Positions 18,736 through 32,882 of a stretch of DNA of 64,000 bases are shown here, piece by piece (within the stretch, counting starts at the first letter, position 1; each line of letters begins with the position of its first letter). The DNA is from the human T2T-CHM13v2.0 reference genome, Homo sapiens: NCBI RefSeq assembly GCF_009914755.1, contig NC_060933.1; one strand, 5' to 3'. The notes beneath the pieces were generated by a model that ran no database searches, was not told where the DNA came from, and worked only from the letters and a program-made list of their open reading frames with translations. Both the position numbers and the translations under genes were made by a program.

Positions 18736-18909
18736 ATGCAAGATAAAACCAGGAAACATAATTACACATCTGCTAAATTTGATTTTATTTCATTTAAATT
18801 TAAGTCTAATGATACTATGGAGTATGTAGAATAGCAGGGACTCATTCCTATAAGTACTTGGGAAAAGTGGCATTATCTAGTAACATTGGTCAAATTTGTA
18901 CTCTACTCA

Positions 18910-19143
<234 letters not shown>

Positions 19144-19457
19144 TCAGAATGTCATGCACATGTTAATGTTTGAGAAGCACCGCCCCATGACCCAGAGATT
19201 TTACTCCAAACACATACCTTAAAGAAGCTCTTTCACACGTATTCCAGTGATGTGATCAAGTATGTTTGTGGCAGCATTTTTTTTTTTGTAAATAAAAACT
19301 GAGGCTAACTCCAGTCTATTAGCAGCAGAATGGACAAACAAATTGTGGTGTAGCTATATAATGGAATACTCTGGATCGGGAAAACAAATGAACTACAATT
19401 ATGCACATTAACACAGTGACACTCACAAGCATGGTGTTGAGTGCAAGAAGCAGATCA

Positions 19458-19856
<399 letters not shown>

Positions 19857-20554
19857 TTATCACAAGAGCCATATGGGGTTATCTCTGGGCAGGTGGAGGA
19901 AGAAGGTATGATAGGTATACACTGGGGACTTTTAAGATATTGGCAATGTTCTGTTTCATAACCTGGGCGATCACTACACAGCTAGCCATTTTGTTGATAT
20001 TTCTAAAATTGTGCATGTGTTTTATATATTCTTCTGTATTTCACAATTAAACATTTTTAGAGAAGTTACATTCATGAAAATGACCTTGAAGTTTCACACT
20101 AAAAAATTAGGTAAGATATTTTTGTGGAAGTTTTATACAAATTCAGGAGTTAACAGTCTCTGTAATAGTTTCCATTTGGTTTTTGTGTTAAAATGGTTTA
20201 AAGTAAAAATGTCATTTTTTCACTAAGCCACATACAGATGTTCCCAAATCCTTTCCACTGTAACCCAGTGGGGGGTTCAAATATTGTTTTCTTTGTGTGC
20301 CATGACATAAAACACATTGCGATGCAGGGAACAAGAGACCACATTATTTCCAAGGCGTTCAAGGCTCCAACCTTCCGTTGCAGCTTCATCTGGTGCTCTG
20401 CTTCAAATTCTAGCTGTTGGATTCCTGGCCTTCCTCCAAAGTAACTGCCATGCCATTAAGCTCATGCTTCTTCTGGATGACCACGAACAACTCTAGGGTA
20501 GTGTGCTATACCATACATTTTGCAGTATTCATGTAACAGAATACTCTTTTTGCC

Positions 20555-20942
20555 CCTCCTCTCCCCTCCCCTCCATTGCTGTGCCCTGCCCTCCCCTCCC
20601 CTCCCCTCCCCTTGCCTCCCCTTCCTTCCTTGTCTCTTCTCTTCTCTTCTTTTTGAGACAGAGTCTCACTCTGTCGCCTAGGCTGAAGTGCAGTGGTGCA
20701 ATCTCGGTCTCGGCTCACTGCAACCTCCGCCTCCTGGGTTCAAGCAGTTCTTTTGCCTCAGCCTCCTGAGTAGCTGGGATTACAGGTGCCCACCACCAAG
20801 CCCGGCTAATTTTTGTATTTTTAGTAGAGACAGGGTTTCACCATGTTGGTCAGGCTGGTCTCGAACTCCTGACCTCAGGTGATCTCCCCGCCTTGGCCCC
20901 CTAAAGTGCTGGGATTACAGGTGTGAGCCACCACACCCAGCC
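20555..20942 (-). mobile_element. AluS (20650-20942) with a CT-rich low-complexity tail extension
   Basis: Alu dimer preceded by (CCCCT)n/(CTCTT)n. Confidence 0.9.
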
Positions 20943-23865
20943 AATATTTGCCTTATTTTAATGACTAGTTAGTCTATATTCTACGGAACTATAAATCCTA
21001 TATTTACCTTCATTACTTTATGCATTGACAAGTAAAAAGTGCTCACTAATATTTCTAGATTTATTAATATAAGTAATCCACTTTGGGGACAATAGAATTT
21101 ATGACATTGAATTGTGCTGTGCAGTTACTGAGATTTTTTTTATAAAGTATGATCTTTAGTTAACTCTAATATCTTTACTATTTTAAATAGGTAATAATAT
21201 ATTCAAGTTATAAAGCATCTACTCTAAACACTTGTTCCATAACAAAGCAACAAAGTTTAGCATCTGTGAATTTTTTGGAGGTTGGCAGTAAACAGCTATG
21301 AAACGATATGAATGAGAAGAAACACCATGATATTTATGTTCGTCTCTTAAACTGCTTTCGAATCAAGAAATAAAAAGCATCTGTTAACTACCTTCTGCAA
21401 CAATTAGGATGTTTGCCATCTCATGCTAAGAGACTATCAATGAATTTCATTGTGTTGACCACAATCACTGCCAGAGATGGGTGATCAGCTGGTCACCCAT
21501 CATCTCCTGGCTATATTGTATATCCCTTAAACTGCTGGTTCTCAACTTTGAATGCACATCAGATAGTGTCCAGGCAACACCCAAGCCCATTTACAGCAAA
21601 ATCTCTGGGACTGGAATCCCAACATCACTTTTGTTTTTGGAAAGCTCCCTAGTTGATTCTAAGTGCTGCCAAAATTTAGACCCATGCCCTTAACCTGAAC
21701 AAACCCTCCCTCCCCATCCCTTTCACAGTAACTGCTGGAAGTTTGCTTTGGATCAGGAACCGTTTCTGTATCTTTAATGTGTTCTTGGAACATCAACTCC
21801 TTCCTTAACAGAAATATCCTAAGGGCTCCCCCTCCCCTACACTTTACACTCCACATACCCAAGTCAGGAGGTGACTGGATTTTTTGCTTGCCTCCCCACC
21901 TAAGGCCCCTTCCAAACCACTTCTCCTTCTTGCAAAATCTCCTACTACTCTGAAACTCATTCATGAAGTTGTACCAACTTCCTACCTTCCTTACTGCTGC
22001 CATCTGCTATCAACCTCCTCACTCACTAAAGATGGTTCACCTCACAGACTTCTCTTTCCATCCCTATTCCCATTTTCTTTCCCTGAAACCCATGTATGTT
22101 CCTGGCCTCAAATCCTTGACCTGCTGAGTTCCAATCTTCCTCTACCCCACTTCACCTCCTTCTCATGGTCACCCTAGTCTTTGTCTTCTCTGGAAATTTG
22201 TTTCTCAAATCTGTTTTTTAAATCTCACTCTGCTTACCACCTCTCATCTTCTTAAAGTTTGCTTGCTCAGTCACTCCCACTGCCAGCCTTCTTTGACCTT
22301 GTCAAGACCTCTAATCCTTAGACACTCCTTTTTCTGTGGCTCACCAGCCTCTTCTTGGCTTCTCCTCTCTACTTCTCCAGCCTTGATTCTATACTGCATC
22401 AGTATAATCAATCCCTCAAAAGTACTGTCAGCTTCTCTGCATCCCCACTCACTACTGGACTCAACTACAAAGACCCAATCCTGCTCCGGCTTCAACTCTC
22501 CACCTTCAGTTGCCTGCACACACAGCAGGGCTCTGAGGTCCTAACAAACCTCATGCAGACACTCAACTACGCCCAGAAACCATGCTTTGCTTTGCCACTG
22601 TGAAGATAACAATTTCATACCTTCTCCTCAAAACTGCCTGCTTGGAAAACAGAAACTATCAGATGGAAATGCCATCTTCCCATCCCTAAATCGACAATGC
22701 TCTCTAACCTTGCGCTCACTTTCATCCCACTGGTTATGGTGGAGGAAAGACATAACCAACACCAATCTCTCCTATTGTGGTCTGAATCTATTCTTTTTTT
22801 TTTTTTTCTAACTTCTAGCTTTATTGAGGCATAATTGACAATAATTGCTTATATTTAAGGTGTACAATGTAATTATTTGATATATGAATGCACTGTGTAG
22901 TAATCACATTACTTAACATATCTATCACCACAGTTACCATTTGTGTGTGTGTGTGTGGAGGGTGGGGTGAGCACACTTAAGACCTACTCTTAGCAAATTT
23001 CAAGTGAACAATACGGTATTATTAACTATAGTAACCATGGCGCACATTAGCTCCCCAGAACTTATTCATTTTATAACTACAAGTTTGGGCCAGGCACAGT
23101 GGCTCATGCCTATAATCCCAGCACTTTGGGAGGCAGAGGTGGCCGGATTGCTTGACAGATATGAGAAGTGTGATTTCTGTTCCCTCCAATCTGGCTTCCT
23201 TCCCCATCACTCCATAGGAATTTTGTGTTGCAATCACCAACCTCCATTTTGTTTTCTCAACCTTACCTTTCTTAGCTCCAAGGGAATTTGGTAAATGATA
23301 CTCCTTCCTTTTTGAAATGTTCTCCTCTGTTCTTCCAGGATAAAACCCTCTTCTGGTTTTTGTCTTTCCCCTCTGGCCACCCTTCAGTCTCCTTTGTTGG
23401 TTCCTATTCTACTTGATCTCCAAATATTGAGTCCTTCAGGCTATCTTGAGCCCTCTTCACTCTGGACTCTTCCTGGGTGATGTCATGTTTGTTTATAAGT
23501 GCCATCTACATGACAATGTCTTGCAAATTTCTATCCCAGTCCAGACCTGTCCTTGGAGCTCTCAACTAGGTACCCAACAGCCTGCACAGCACCTTCAGTG
23601 GGATGTGCACCTCAGAAGCACCCAACTCAGAAGGGCCAGAGACTGACTCCCTCACCACCACCCCTTTCTCCCTCCCATCCTCACCTCACTCATGACATCA
23701 CATCATACCCCGACACCCAGGGCTTCTGCCAGAAACCTGAGATTCACTCCTGGGTCTTCCTCTCACAGGCCCTTAGGCTTTGTTCCATCTCTGTCACTTC
23801 CCCACTGTCCTCCTAGTCACAGCTATCATTATCTCTGATCTAGGTAATTGCAAAAGCCTAACTGG

Positions 23866-24186
<321 letters not shown>

Positions 24187-24794
24187 TTAGTTTCCGTTTT
24201 CTATACAGGTGCCAAAATAACTTGTTAACAAAGCATGTACCCTGACTTACCCTTCGATGGTTTCTCATCCGTTCTAGAACAAATAACGCCCTGGCTGACC
24301 TGGCCCTGCCACTCTATCGAGCTTTATTTCATGCTCCTCTGATGATTCTACAAGGTACCAAGCTCTTTCTTGACTCAAGCCTTTGTGTCTGTCATTCTCT
24401 CTGCTTGAAAGCTGATTCCCTGGCTCTCAGCAGGTTGGAGTACTTTTTATCCAACAGCTCTGTTTACAGTCACCTCAAAGAACCCAGGTCCAACCACCTG
24501 ATGCACAGCTGGTTCCCCTATTCTTCTCATTACTGCGCCCAGTTTTTGGTTTTGCCTTGTAGAATATACCAGTCTATTATTCACCTGTTTGTCTCTGCTT
24601 CTAGAATGTAAGCTGTATGAGGATGAGGGTGTCTTAGTCACAGCTTTATCCCAAGCCTAGCATGATGCCTGGCACATAACAGGCATTCCATTAGTATTTT
24701 GAGAGATCATCTAAGTTTGGCATCCTAATTTCACATGAGGAAAGAAACTCAACTAAGGGCCCATCATTTTCCTGCTTACTCAGATTGTTGCACT

Positions 24795-25020
24795 GAGGGC
24801 AATGTAGTAGTTAAAGGCACATATTCTGGTACCAGACTTCTTTGGTTCAAATCCCAGCTCCTCCAATGACTAGTTGTGATGCTGGGGAAATTACCACCCT
24901 TTGTCTGTTTCCTCACAGGTAAATGGGGATTATAGTGTCTATATCTAATAGGATTGTTACAAAGATTAAGTGAATTAATAGAAAGATGATACCTGGCATA
25001 TGATAATTCTGCTCTTCATT
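24795..25020 (+). mobile_element. MIR
   Basis: GGTTCAAATCCCAGCTC...TCTGTTTCCTCAC...AAATGGGGAT. Confidence 0.75.
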
Positions 25021-25360
25021 ATTATGTAAACTCAAAAAGTTTCTTCAAACCCCCAACCCCTTACTGTGCTTAGAACACAAGAAACAATGTTCTTTGAATG
25101 ATATAAGTAATAATTTCCCACAACTTTTACCACTCAAGACAGAACCTATGTCTGGCCTATACAACTAGACTTTCTCAGATACTTCGAGGAGAATCAAGAT
25201 CCGATCCTCGTGGCAAAACAAACAAACAAAACGAACAAGTCCTTCATGAGTGGACATCAATTTTGGTCATGCTGATCTTTTGGAGAGCATAGAGGATTCA
25301 CCTGCTAAAACAGAGAATGCTATTTTCTCTGTCAAAAGATAACAAATAACAACATACTAC

Positions 25361-25366
25361 TTTATT
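25361..25366 (-). terminator. Distal AATAAA in the TXN 3' region
   Basis: tttatt on + strand; followed on the minus strand by GU/U-rich GTATGTTGTTATTTGTT. Confidence 0.65.
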
Positions 25367-25513
25367 ACCTGCATTGCCCCCAACAAGAGATTTTTGTAGC
25401 AATACATTAAGGTAGCAATAATAATTTTTAAAATCTTAAAATAATCAGTGGCCTACAAGGTTACTAAAAAGTGATTGAGAATATAGGAAAATACATTAAA
25501 TGACCATTTCACA

Positions 25514-25519
25514 TTTATT
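25514..25519 (-). terminator. Second AATAAA in the TXN 3' region
   Basis: tttatt on + strand. Confidence 0.55.
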
Positions 25520-25570
25520 TTGAAAGCTATTCAGACATGAGACGGTTTTAAAAAGTGTTAGCATTAATGT

Positions 25571-25576
25571 TTTATT
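25571..25576 (-). terminator. TXN proximal polyadenylation signal AATAAA
   Basis: tttatt on + strand, about 110 nt downstream of the stop codon. Confidence 0.85.
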
Positions 25577-25686
25577 GTCACGCAGATGGCAACTGGGTTT
25601 ATGTCTTCATATTTTATATTTTTGTAAATTAAAAAAATTACAAGTTTTAAATAGCCAATGGCTGGTTATATTTTCAGAAAACATGA

Positions 25687-25749
25687 TTAGACTAATTCAT
25701 TAATGGTGGCTTCAAGCTTTTCCTTATTGGCTCCAGAAAATTCACCCAC
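25687..25749 (-). CDS. TXN: Thioredoxin-1 exon 5 coding part (VGEFSGANKEKLEATINELV*)
   Basis: acag|GTG GGT GAA...TTA GTC TAA; the five exons sum to 318 nt = 105 aa + stop. Confidence 0.99.
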   Translation of the reverse strand: MGEFSGANKEKLEATINELV

Positions 25750-25800
25750 CTGTTAAGAGAATATTGAATTGACATTAGACGTAGCACTGTAGCACTGTTT

Positions 25801-25881
25801 TATACATAAAATATGTATAAATATGTATTTATATATATACATATACATATGTATATATATACATATGTATAAATATGTATT
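25801..25881. repeat. TA/TATG-rich palindromic microsatellite in TXN intron 4
   Basis: Read directly; perfect palindrome at 25842-25871. Confidence 0.9.
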
Positions 25882-26307
25882 CAGCATAGAATGAAGGAAG
25901 AATAGGGGTGGAGGGAAAAAGAAGTATAATCTTATTTAAAGTAAACTTCCCTGAATAACATACAGTTCATTTAAGTTATAAACAAAGAAAAAATATCAAG
26001 AGAAAAGTCAAAAGGCTCAAGTACAAATTTTCTTTTACACAATACTTAACAACAAATGAACTGCCCAAGTCTAAGAAATTCTATGTGCTTTATGATATAA
26101 ATAGGACTAGTTCTAGGAAAGATTGATTTTCAGTTAGCTGTCACATTATGTACTTAAGCCAATGAATTTTGGCATATTTAAAAATTCTTAAAAGCAGAAC
26201 TTGGTGATATGCCTCAATCTTTAAAGGGAACATCACTCCAGTGATTTATTCACTTATACTGGGTTTCCTATTGCCCAGTTAGAGTTTTAAAGGTCAGATG
26301 TACGTAC

Positions 26308-26373
26308 CTTTTGTCCCTTCTTAAAAAACTGGAATGTTGGCATGCATTTGACTTCACACTCTGAAGCAACATC
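26308..26373 (-). CDS. TXN: Thioredoxin-1 exon 4 ([22 protein letters not shown]), 66 nt
   Basis: ccag|GAT GTT...CAA AAG|gtacgt; peptide is present in ORF track 26287..26508. Confidence 0.99.
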
Positions 26374-26944
26374 CTGGTAGGGAAAGTAGCAAAGGGAGAG
26401 GATTAAATACAAGACTGCGAGTACTGAGCTTTGACAGAAGTAATCCAAAACCAGAAACTTTTCCCTGTCATGTACCCCACATTTCCGCATGAGGACATTT
26501 TTCAGCATATGAAAATTAATATAATGAATATAATGGCATTACAAAAGCCAAACCGGTTATATTCTCAATGAAGAAGTTTTATTAATATTTACTTCCTTTG
26601 ACGGGCACATTAACAGGCAGAATGTTCAGAATGTTACTAGCATCAGATACTCCAGCGATCCAATATGCTCTTTAATCCAATCAAATTTTCAACTATTTTA
26701 AGTATCATACAAAGAAGCAACAAAAAATTCTGCTACAATTGGACTCAGTATGATAATCTTAACTATTCCTCAGAACTAGTACCTCTTATTTCTTGCTCAT
26801 AATTTTTCCAGTTTTATTATGAAGGCAGAGTACACAGAATGATTATATAAAGGCTAAAAAGTCTAAAAAAATAAAAATCAATTGTTCAAGAACAAAATAA
26901 TAGTAATCTAAAGGAATAACCCCACACTGGGTTTACTGATTATT

Positions 26945-27145
26945 ATTATTTTTGAGACAGGGTCTGGCTGTGTCACCCAGGCTGGATGGAATGCAGGGGC
27001 ATAGTCTCAGCTCACTGCAATCTCCACTTCCCAGACTCAAGCCATCCTCCCTCCTCAGCCTCCCCAGTAGCTGGGACTACAGGCACACGCCACCACACCT
27101 GGCTAATTTTGTGTGTGTGTGTGTATATATATACACACACACACA

Positions 27146-27196
<51 letters not shown>

Positions 27197-27318
27197 TTAT
27201 AGGGACAAGGTCTCTCCATGTTGCCCAGGCTGGTCTCAAACTCATGAGCTCAAGTGATCCACCTTCCTCGGGCTCCCAAAGTGCTAGGATTACAGGTGTG
27301 AGCCACCACACTCAGCCT
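26945..27318 (-). mobile_element. AluJ with a compound (TG)n(TA)n(CA)n(TA)nTn microsatellite in its linker (27110-27198)
   Basis: Alu arms flank the STR. Confidence 0.9.
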
Positions 27319-27349
27319 CCTGCTTATTTTTAATTAAAAACTGATTTGT

Positions 27350-27604
<255 letters not shown>

Positions 27605-28552
27605 GACTTTGTGAATTCTCAAACCTTGCTGCAGTATCAGAATTACCTGAGGGGTACTACAAGTTTCCCCATCAACCCCATCTTAAACCATTACAGTTAA
27701 AGTCGGGCTTCAGGTGACTCTGATGCTCTAACCTTTGAAAGCCATCCTACTAAGAAAATCGACAAATTCCTAACATCGCAAATTGGGCTAGTTGATCCGT
27801 ATTTTCTCCTCTCCTAGAAGTGGCTGTTACCACAGCTAAAGATTTTTCTACAGCTCAAAGGTAATTGAAGTAACACACATTCCTCAACTGTGGAATGCTA
27901 AATGAGAACTCTTATAATACCCCATGCTCAACACATTGTTCATGCTATAAGAGGGCAAGGTTTGGAGGACAATACCACGAAACTGGTTTGGTTTGGAGCC
28001 CAATAGAGATTGAAAATGTCAGCCAGGCACTCAAAAGAGGACTGGGAAAGAAATATAGAACCACTCAGCACCTAAGCAGCAAAAGCTACACAGGACAGCA
28101 AGCGAGCAGGCAGGACTGTTGATAACCAAATCACGGAAACCAACGGAGAATTCTCAAGGGGAAGAAAGGCCAGCTACAAACACTATGACGACCTCTAGGA
28201 TGGTGGGTGGCACTACTGTTGAGGAGTTCTTTCTAGGTAATCTTTACTTTTTCTTTTAATGCTGGACACCTGCTGAGCATGAAAGTACAGGTTCCAGTAA
28301 GAGGCACAAGGACAGTAATGGCTGGAATAAAAATGGTGAATGTTTATTGAATGCATACTATTGAAAACTCACTCCAAGTAAGGGTCAGAGGGAGGTTACC
28401 ATTTATAAAATAAGTATCATAACCCTGTTGGCTGTCAGAGAAATAAGGTTGGTCTATCATTTTCAAAAGGGCTACTACTCATACTTTTCTATCAATCTAT
28501 GGAGGCAAAGTTAAAGTTCCTCAGTTTGTCAGAGGGTCACTTCAAGGTTTTA

Positions 28553-28949
<397 letters not shown>

Positions 28950-28952
28950 CTA

Positions 28953-30141
28953 TAGTAATGCACCATATAACATTTAGATCGACAACAGATTGCATATATG
29001 TGGTGGTCCCATAAGATTATAATGAAGTTGAAAAATTCCTCTCACCTAGTGATGGGTTAATGTCATAGCCCATCGCATTAGCTGGTGCAAACAAATCTGC
29101 GCTGCAATTACATACAAAGTATACCACTACAGACTGCTTTACCTGCGGAATAGCCATTCTTTTGTTCCTTTACTTTCTTAATAAACTTGCTTTCACTTAA
29201 AAAAGCATATCACTACAATTATGGACAGTATATACTACTTGATAATAAACACCCACGTTACTGGTTTTTGTATTTACTTTAATTTCATTATTAATTTAGA
29301 GTGTACTCCTACTTATTTTTTTAAAAAGACAGTTACTATACAACAGGCTCAGGCAGGCCCTTCAGGAAGCATTCCAGGAGAAGGCACTGTTATCATAGGA
29401 GATGAAAGGTCCATGCATGTTACTGTCCCTGAAGACCTTTCTGTGAGACAAGATGTGGGGATGGGAGACAGTGATACTGATGATCCTGACCCTGTGTTGG
29501 TCTAGGCTAATGTATGTGTTTGAATCTTAGTTTGTAACAAAAAGTTTAAAAAGTCTTTTTAAAAAAAGCTTATAGACTAAGGATATAAAGAAAATATTTT
29601 TGTAGAGCTGTACAATGCATTCGTGTTTTAAGCTAAGTGTTATTACAAGAGTTAAAGAGTTAAAAAAATAAAAAAACTATAAAGTAAAAAAGTTACAATA
29701 AATTTATTGCTGAAAAAAGAAATTTTAAAAATAAAATTTGTAAGCATACAGTGTTTATAACGTCTACAGGTTCTAGGCCTTCACATTCACTCACCACCCA
29801 CTCACTGACTCGCCCAGAGCACCTCTCAGTCCTGCAAGTCCCGTTTATGGCAAGTACCTTATAAAGGCATACCATTTTTTAATCTTTCATATCATGTTTT
29901 CACCATACCTTTTCTATGTTTAGATACACAAATACTTACTGTTGTGTTATAACTGCCTACAGTATTCAGTACAGTAACATGCCTTACCTGTTTGTGGCCT
30001 AGGAGCAACAGGCTTTACCACATAGCCTAGGTGTACAGGAGGCTATGCCATCTAGGTTGTGTAAGTACACTCTATGTGTGCACAACAAAATTGCCTAACA
30101 TTTCTCAGAAAGTATCCTCATCATTAAGTGATGCATGACTG
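28953..30141. mobile_element. Tigger3b-like TcMar DNA transposon in TXN intron 3
   Basis: TA TSDs (28951-28952, 30142-30143); TIRs TAGTAATGCACCATATAA / TTAAGTGATGCATGACTG; internal GGTGGTCCCATAAGATTATAAT. Confidence 0.88.
29132..29201 (+). mobile_element. Retroposed 3' fragment of a MER41-like LTR transcript
   Basis: TAGCCATTCTTTTGTTCCTTTACTTTCTTAATAAACTTGCTTTCACTT + A run; 16-bp degenerate TSD. Confidence 0.75.
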
Positions 30142-30363
30142 TACTTCCTAAAGGCAGTAAGAAGACCTGTCCTCAGTACAGTATGGTGCATTGGTCTGCC
30201 TCAAGAGACTGACTTTACCTTCTGTGCTGCAGTGCCATTACCTGTTCAATGAGGGTGCTAATAAAAAATACTCGTATAGTTATCGTGAGGATTAAATGAC
30301 ATAGTGCATGCAAAGGGCTTATCATGGCATCTGGCACCTATTATTGCTTTCAAATAAAAATCA

Positions 30364-30688
<325 letters not shown>

Positions 30689-31599
30689 AGTTGCTATCTG
30701 ATAGGATCAGTGGCAGTTAGAATTTCTCTATTCCAGGTGCAATTTTCCCCTAGCTAAATTGACCTTAATAAGACTAAGTTTGATTAAAACAAGGGATAAG
30801 GATTTTTCACAAAAATGCAATTACACTCTTTTTAAAAAAAAAAAACAACTCTGGGACACATCTAGAATAGTAACTTAACAACCATATCACATTCATCATT
30901 CATTCATTCCACACCTATACTACATGCAAGGCAGGTGTGCTAGGTGAAGGGGCAACCAACGTGAATTAAGACAGGGTCTCTGATCCTAGGAATCTACTGA
31001 GACTAATGGTAAAGGACAGACATAAAGATCATTATAATAATTGCCAAGATTCACTGGGTACTTAGGGCACACAAGGCGGTAAGTGGAGAAGGGGTGAAGC
31101 TCATGACAAGGAGTTAGTCAGGTAGGAAAGGAAAGGACAGGCCAGATGGAGAAGACAGCACAAGCCAAGGCAGGGGTTGCCCAAGGCACAGAGTCAAAAA
31201 CTGGCTAAGAATACACAATCTGGGGTTGTTGCGCCCTCCCATGTTTAGAGAGCACTGCCATATGCCTGTTTTAAGTGACCCTTCACCCTTTATTGGATAT
31301 TCCATGTTTGCTCAATGAATAAGCAACCTTGGGAGGTTGATGGGGCAGGTCTTAAGGCTCAAGGAAGAGGAGTGACTGGCCTAAGCAGATGCTAGTGAGC
31401 CAGGACTGGAAGCCAGGTCCAGCGCCTCTGTTGCCACACTGCACCCTTCCCCCATCGCCTTTCCTTCTCCACTAGGGCTAAGTGAAAATGCTCACATATC
31501 TGTAAAGGGCCCCGAAGTGATACCTCCTCAACCCGCTCTCCTAGGTCTGTGGTCATGTGCTAAGCACCCGATCTACACCCACAAGACAGAGCATCCTCC

Positions 31600-31825
31600 G
31601 ATGGGTAGTGCTTAAGGTCAAGGGCTGGGAAGCCAGACCACTTCATTTTAAATCCTAGTTCAGCCACATACTCACTGAAACTTCATGAACAACCTCTGTG
31701 TTTCAGTTTTCTCATCTATAAAATGGGGATGATAACAGCACTCAGGATTAAATGAACTGATACTTAAAAACCACCCAGAACAGTGCCTGGTATATACCTA
31801 GTGCAAAACAAGTATTTGTTAAATA
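31600..31825 (+). mobile_element. MIR
   Basis: CCTCTGTGTTTCAGTTTTCTCATCTATAAAATGGGGATGATAACAG. Confidence 0.8.
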
Positions 31826-32344
31826 CAACCAACCCTGGAATTTCTTCCAAATTATTCTCTCAGGTACCTTGGTGTTTATTTGTTAAAACATTTGTGGTTT
31901 CTAATTGACTAAAATCAACCAAGACTAGAATAGGCTTGCAAATGCAGGTTCTCATGCTACTGCAAGTTCACAAAGAGCCCTACAAGCGGTCTCATAATTT
32001 GGTGACTCCATCAAGCCTATGGATGTAATGATCATAGCTAAATTCAATCTCCATTTATTGCACATCTCAGAGTGTAAAGTAGAATGTAGGGTTTTAGAAA
32101 GGTGGGTGGCCGATAAGATTCAGAAGTCTCACTCATTTATTTTTGTTTACTTTAGGATGTGATATACAGCTCCCGATAGCTAGGATTAAGCTCCTAACTT
32201 GCCTGCTCTTCTGAGATAGAACTTTTTAGATAGGATTACAGTTCTAGAATTATTTGACATATTTATGGAAAAAAGCACTGTGCAATTCAGAGAAAAAGGC
32301 CAATGTGAAAAGCTCAGCAGTATCTCATATTTCCAGCTACATAC

Positions 32345-32404
32345 CTGACAGTCATCCACATCTACTTCAAGGAATATCACGTTGGAATACTTTTCAGAGA
32401 GGGA
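32345..32404 (-). CDS. TXN: Thioredoxin-1 exon 3 ([20 protein letters not shown]), 60 nt
   Basis: ccag|TCC CTC...TGT CAG|gtatgt; ORF track 32186..32380 contains [11 protein letters not shown]. Confidence 0.99.
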
Positions 32405-32882
32405 CTGGAAAATTTAAAATGAAAAATCCAAAAAGATTTAGAACTAGGTAATGGCAATCAACATACCCAAGCTTCTTAAATGGAAACTTAATAAAAGTAG
32501 AGACTAATTAAAGATCCAAAAATTTAGATCTTTGGAGACATAGATCTAAGAGACATAAATTTTCTCTAAATCAAATTTTTCTTAGTATAAAACAGTTTGG
32601 CATATCAAATTCTGAGGCTGGGATTTCAAATAAGGCCCATGTTTCAATGTGGGGAAAAAAAGAACTATTTAAGACAAAATTAACTTCTAAAATTTGTTTT
32701 CAATGGGCTACATGTATCAAACCTAAATTATTTGTTATACTACTACTTTTAGACCAAAGATCCAGCCAAAGAAATCCCCCCACCGAAACCAAAATCCTTT
32801 AACTGTCTTTCTTTCCTACCACTGTGACCACCAACTCAAAAAACACAAATCTCTTACAAAGCAGACATTGTTTAATACTCAC

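Noticed and set aside
20198-20444. Short ORFs in unique-looking DNA downstream of TXN
   Set aside because: No recognisable homology, splice structure or promoter; cannot be supported from sequence alone.
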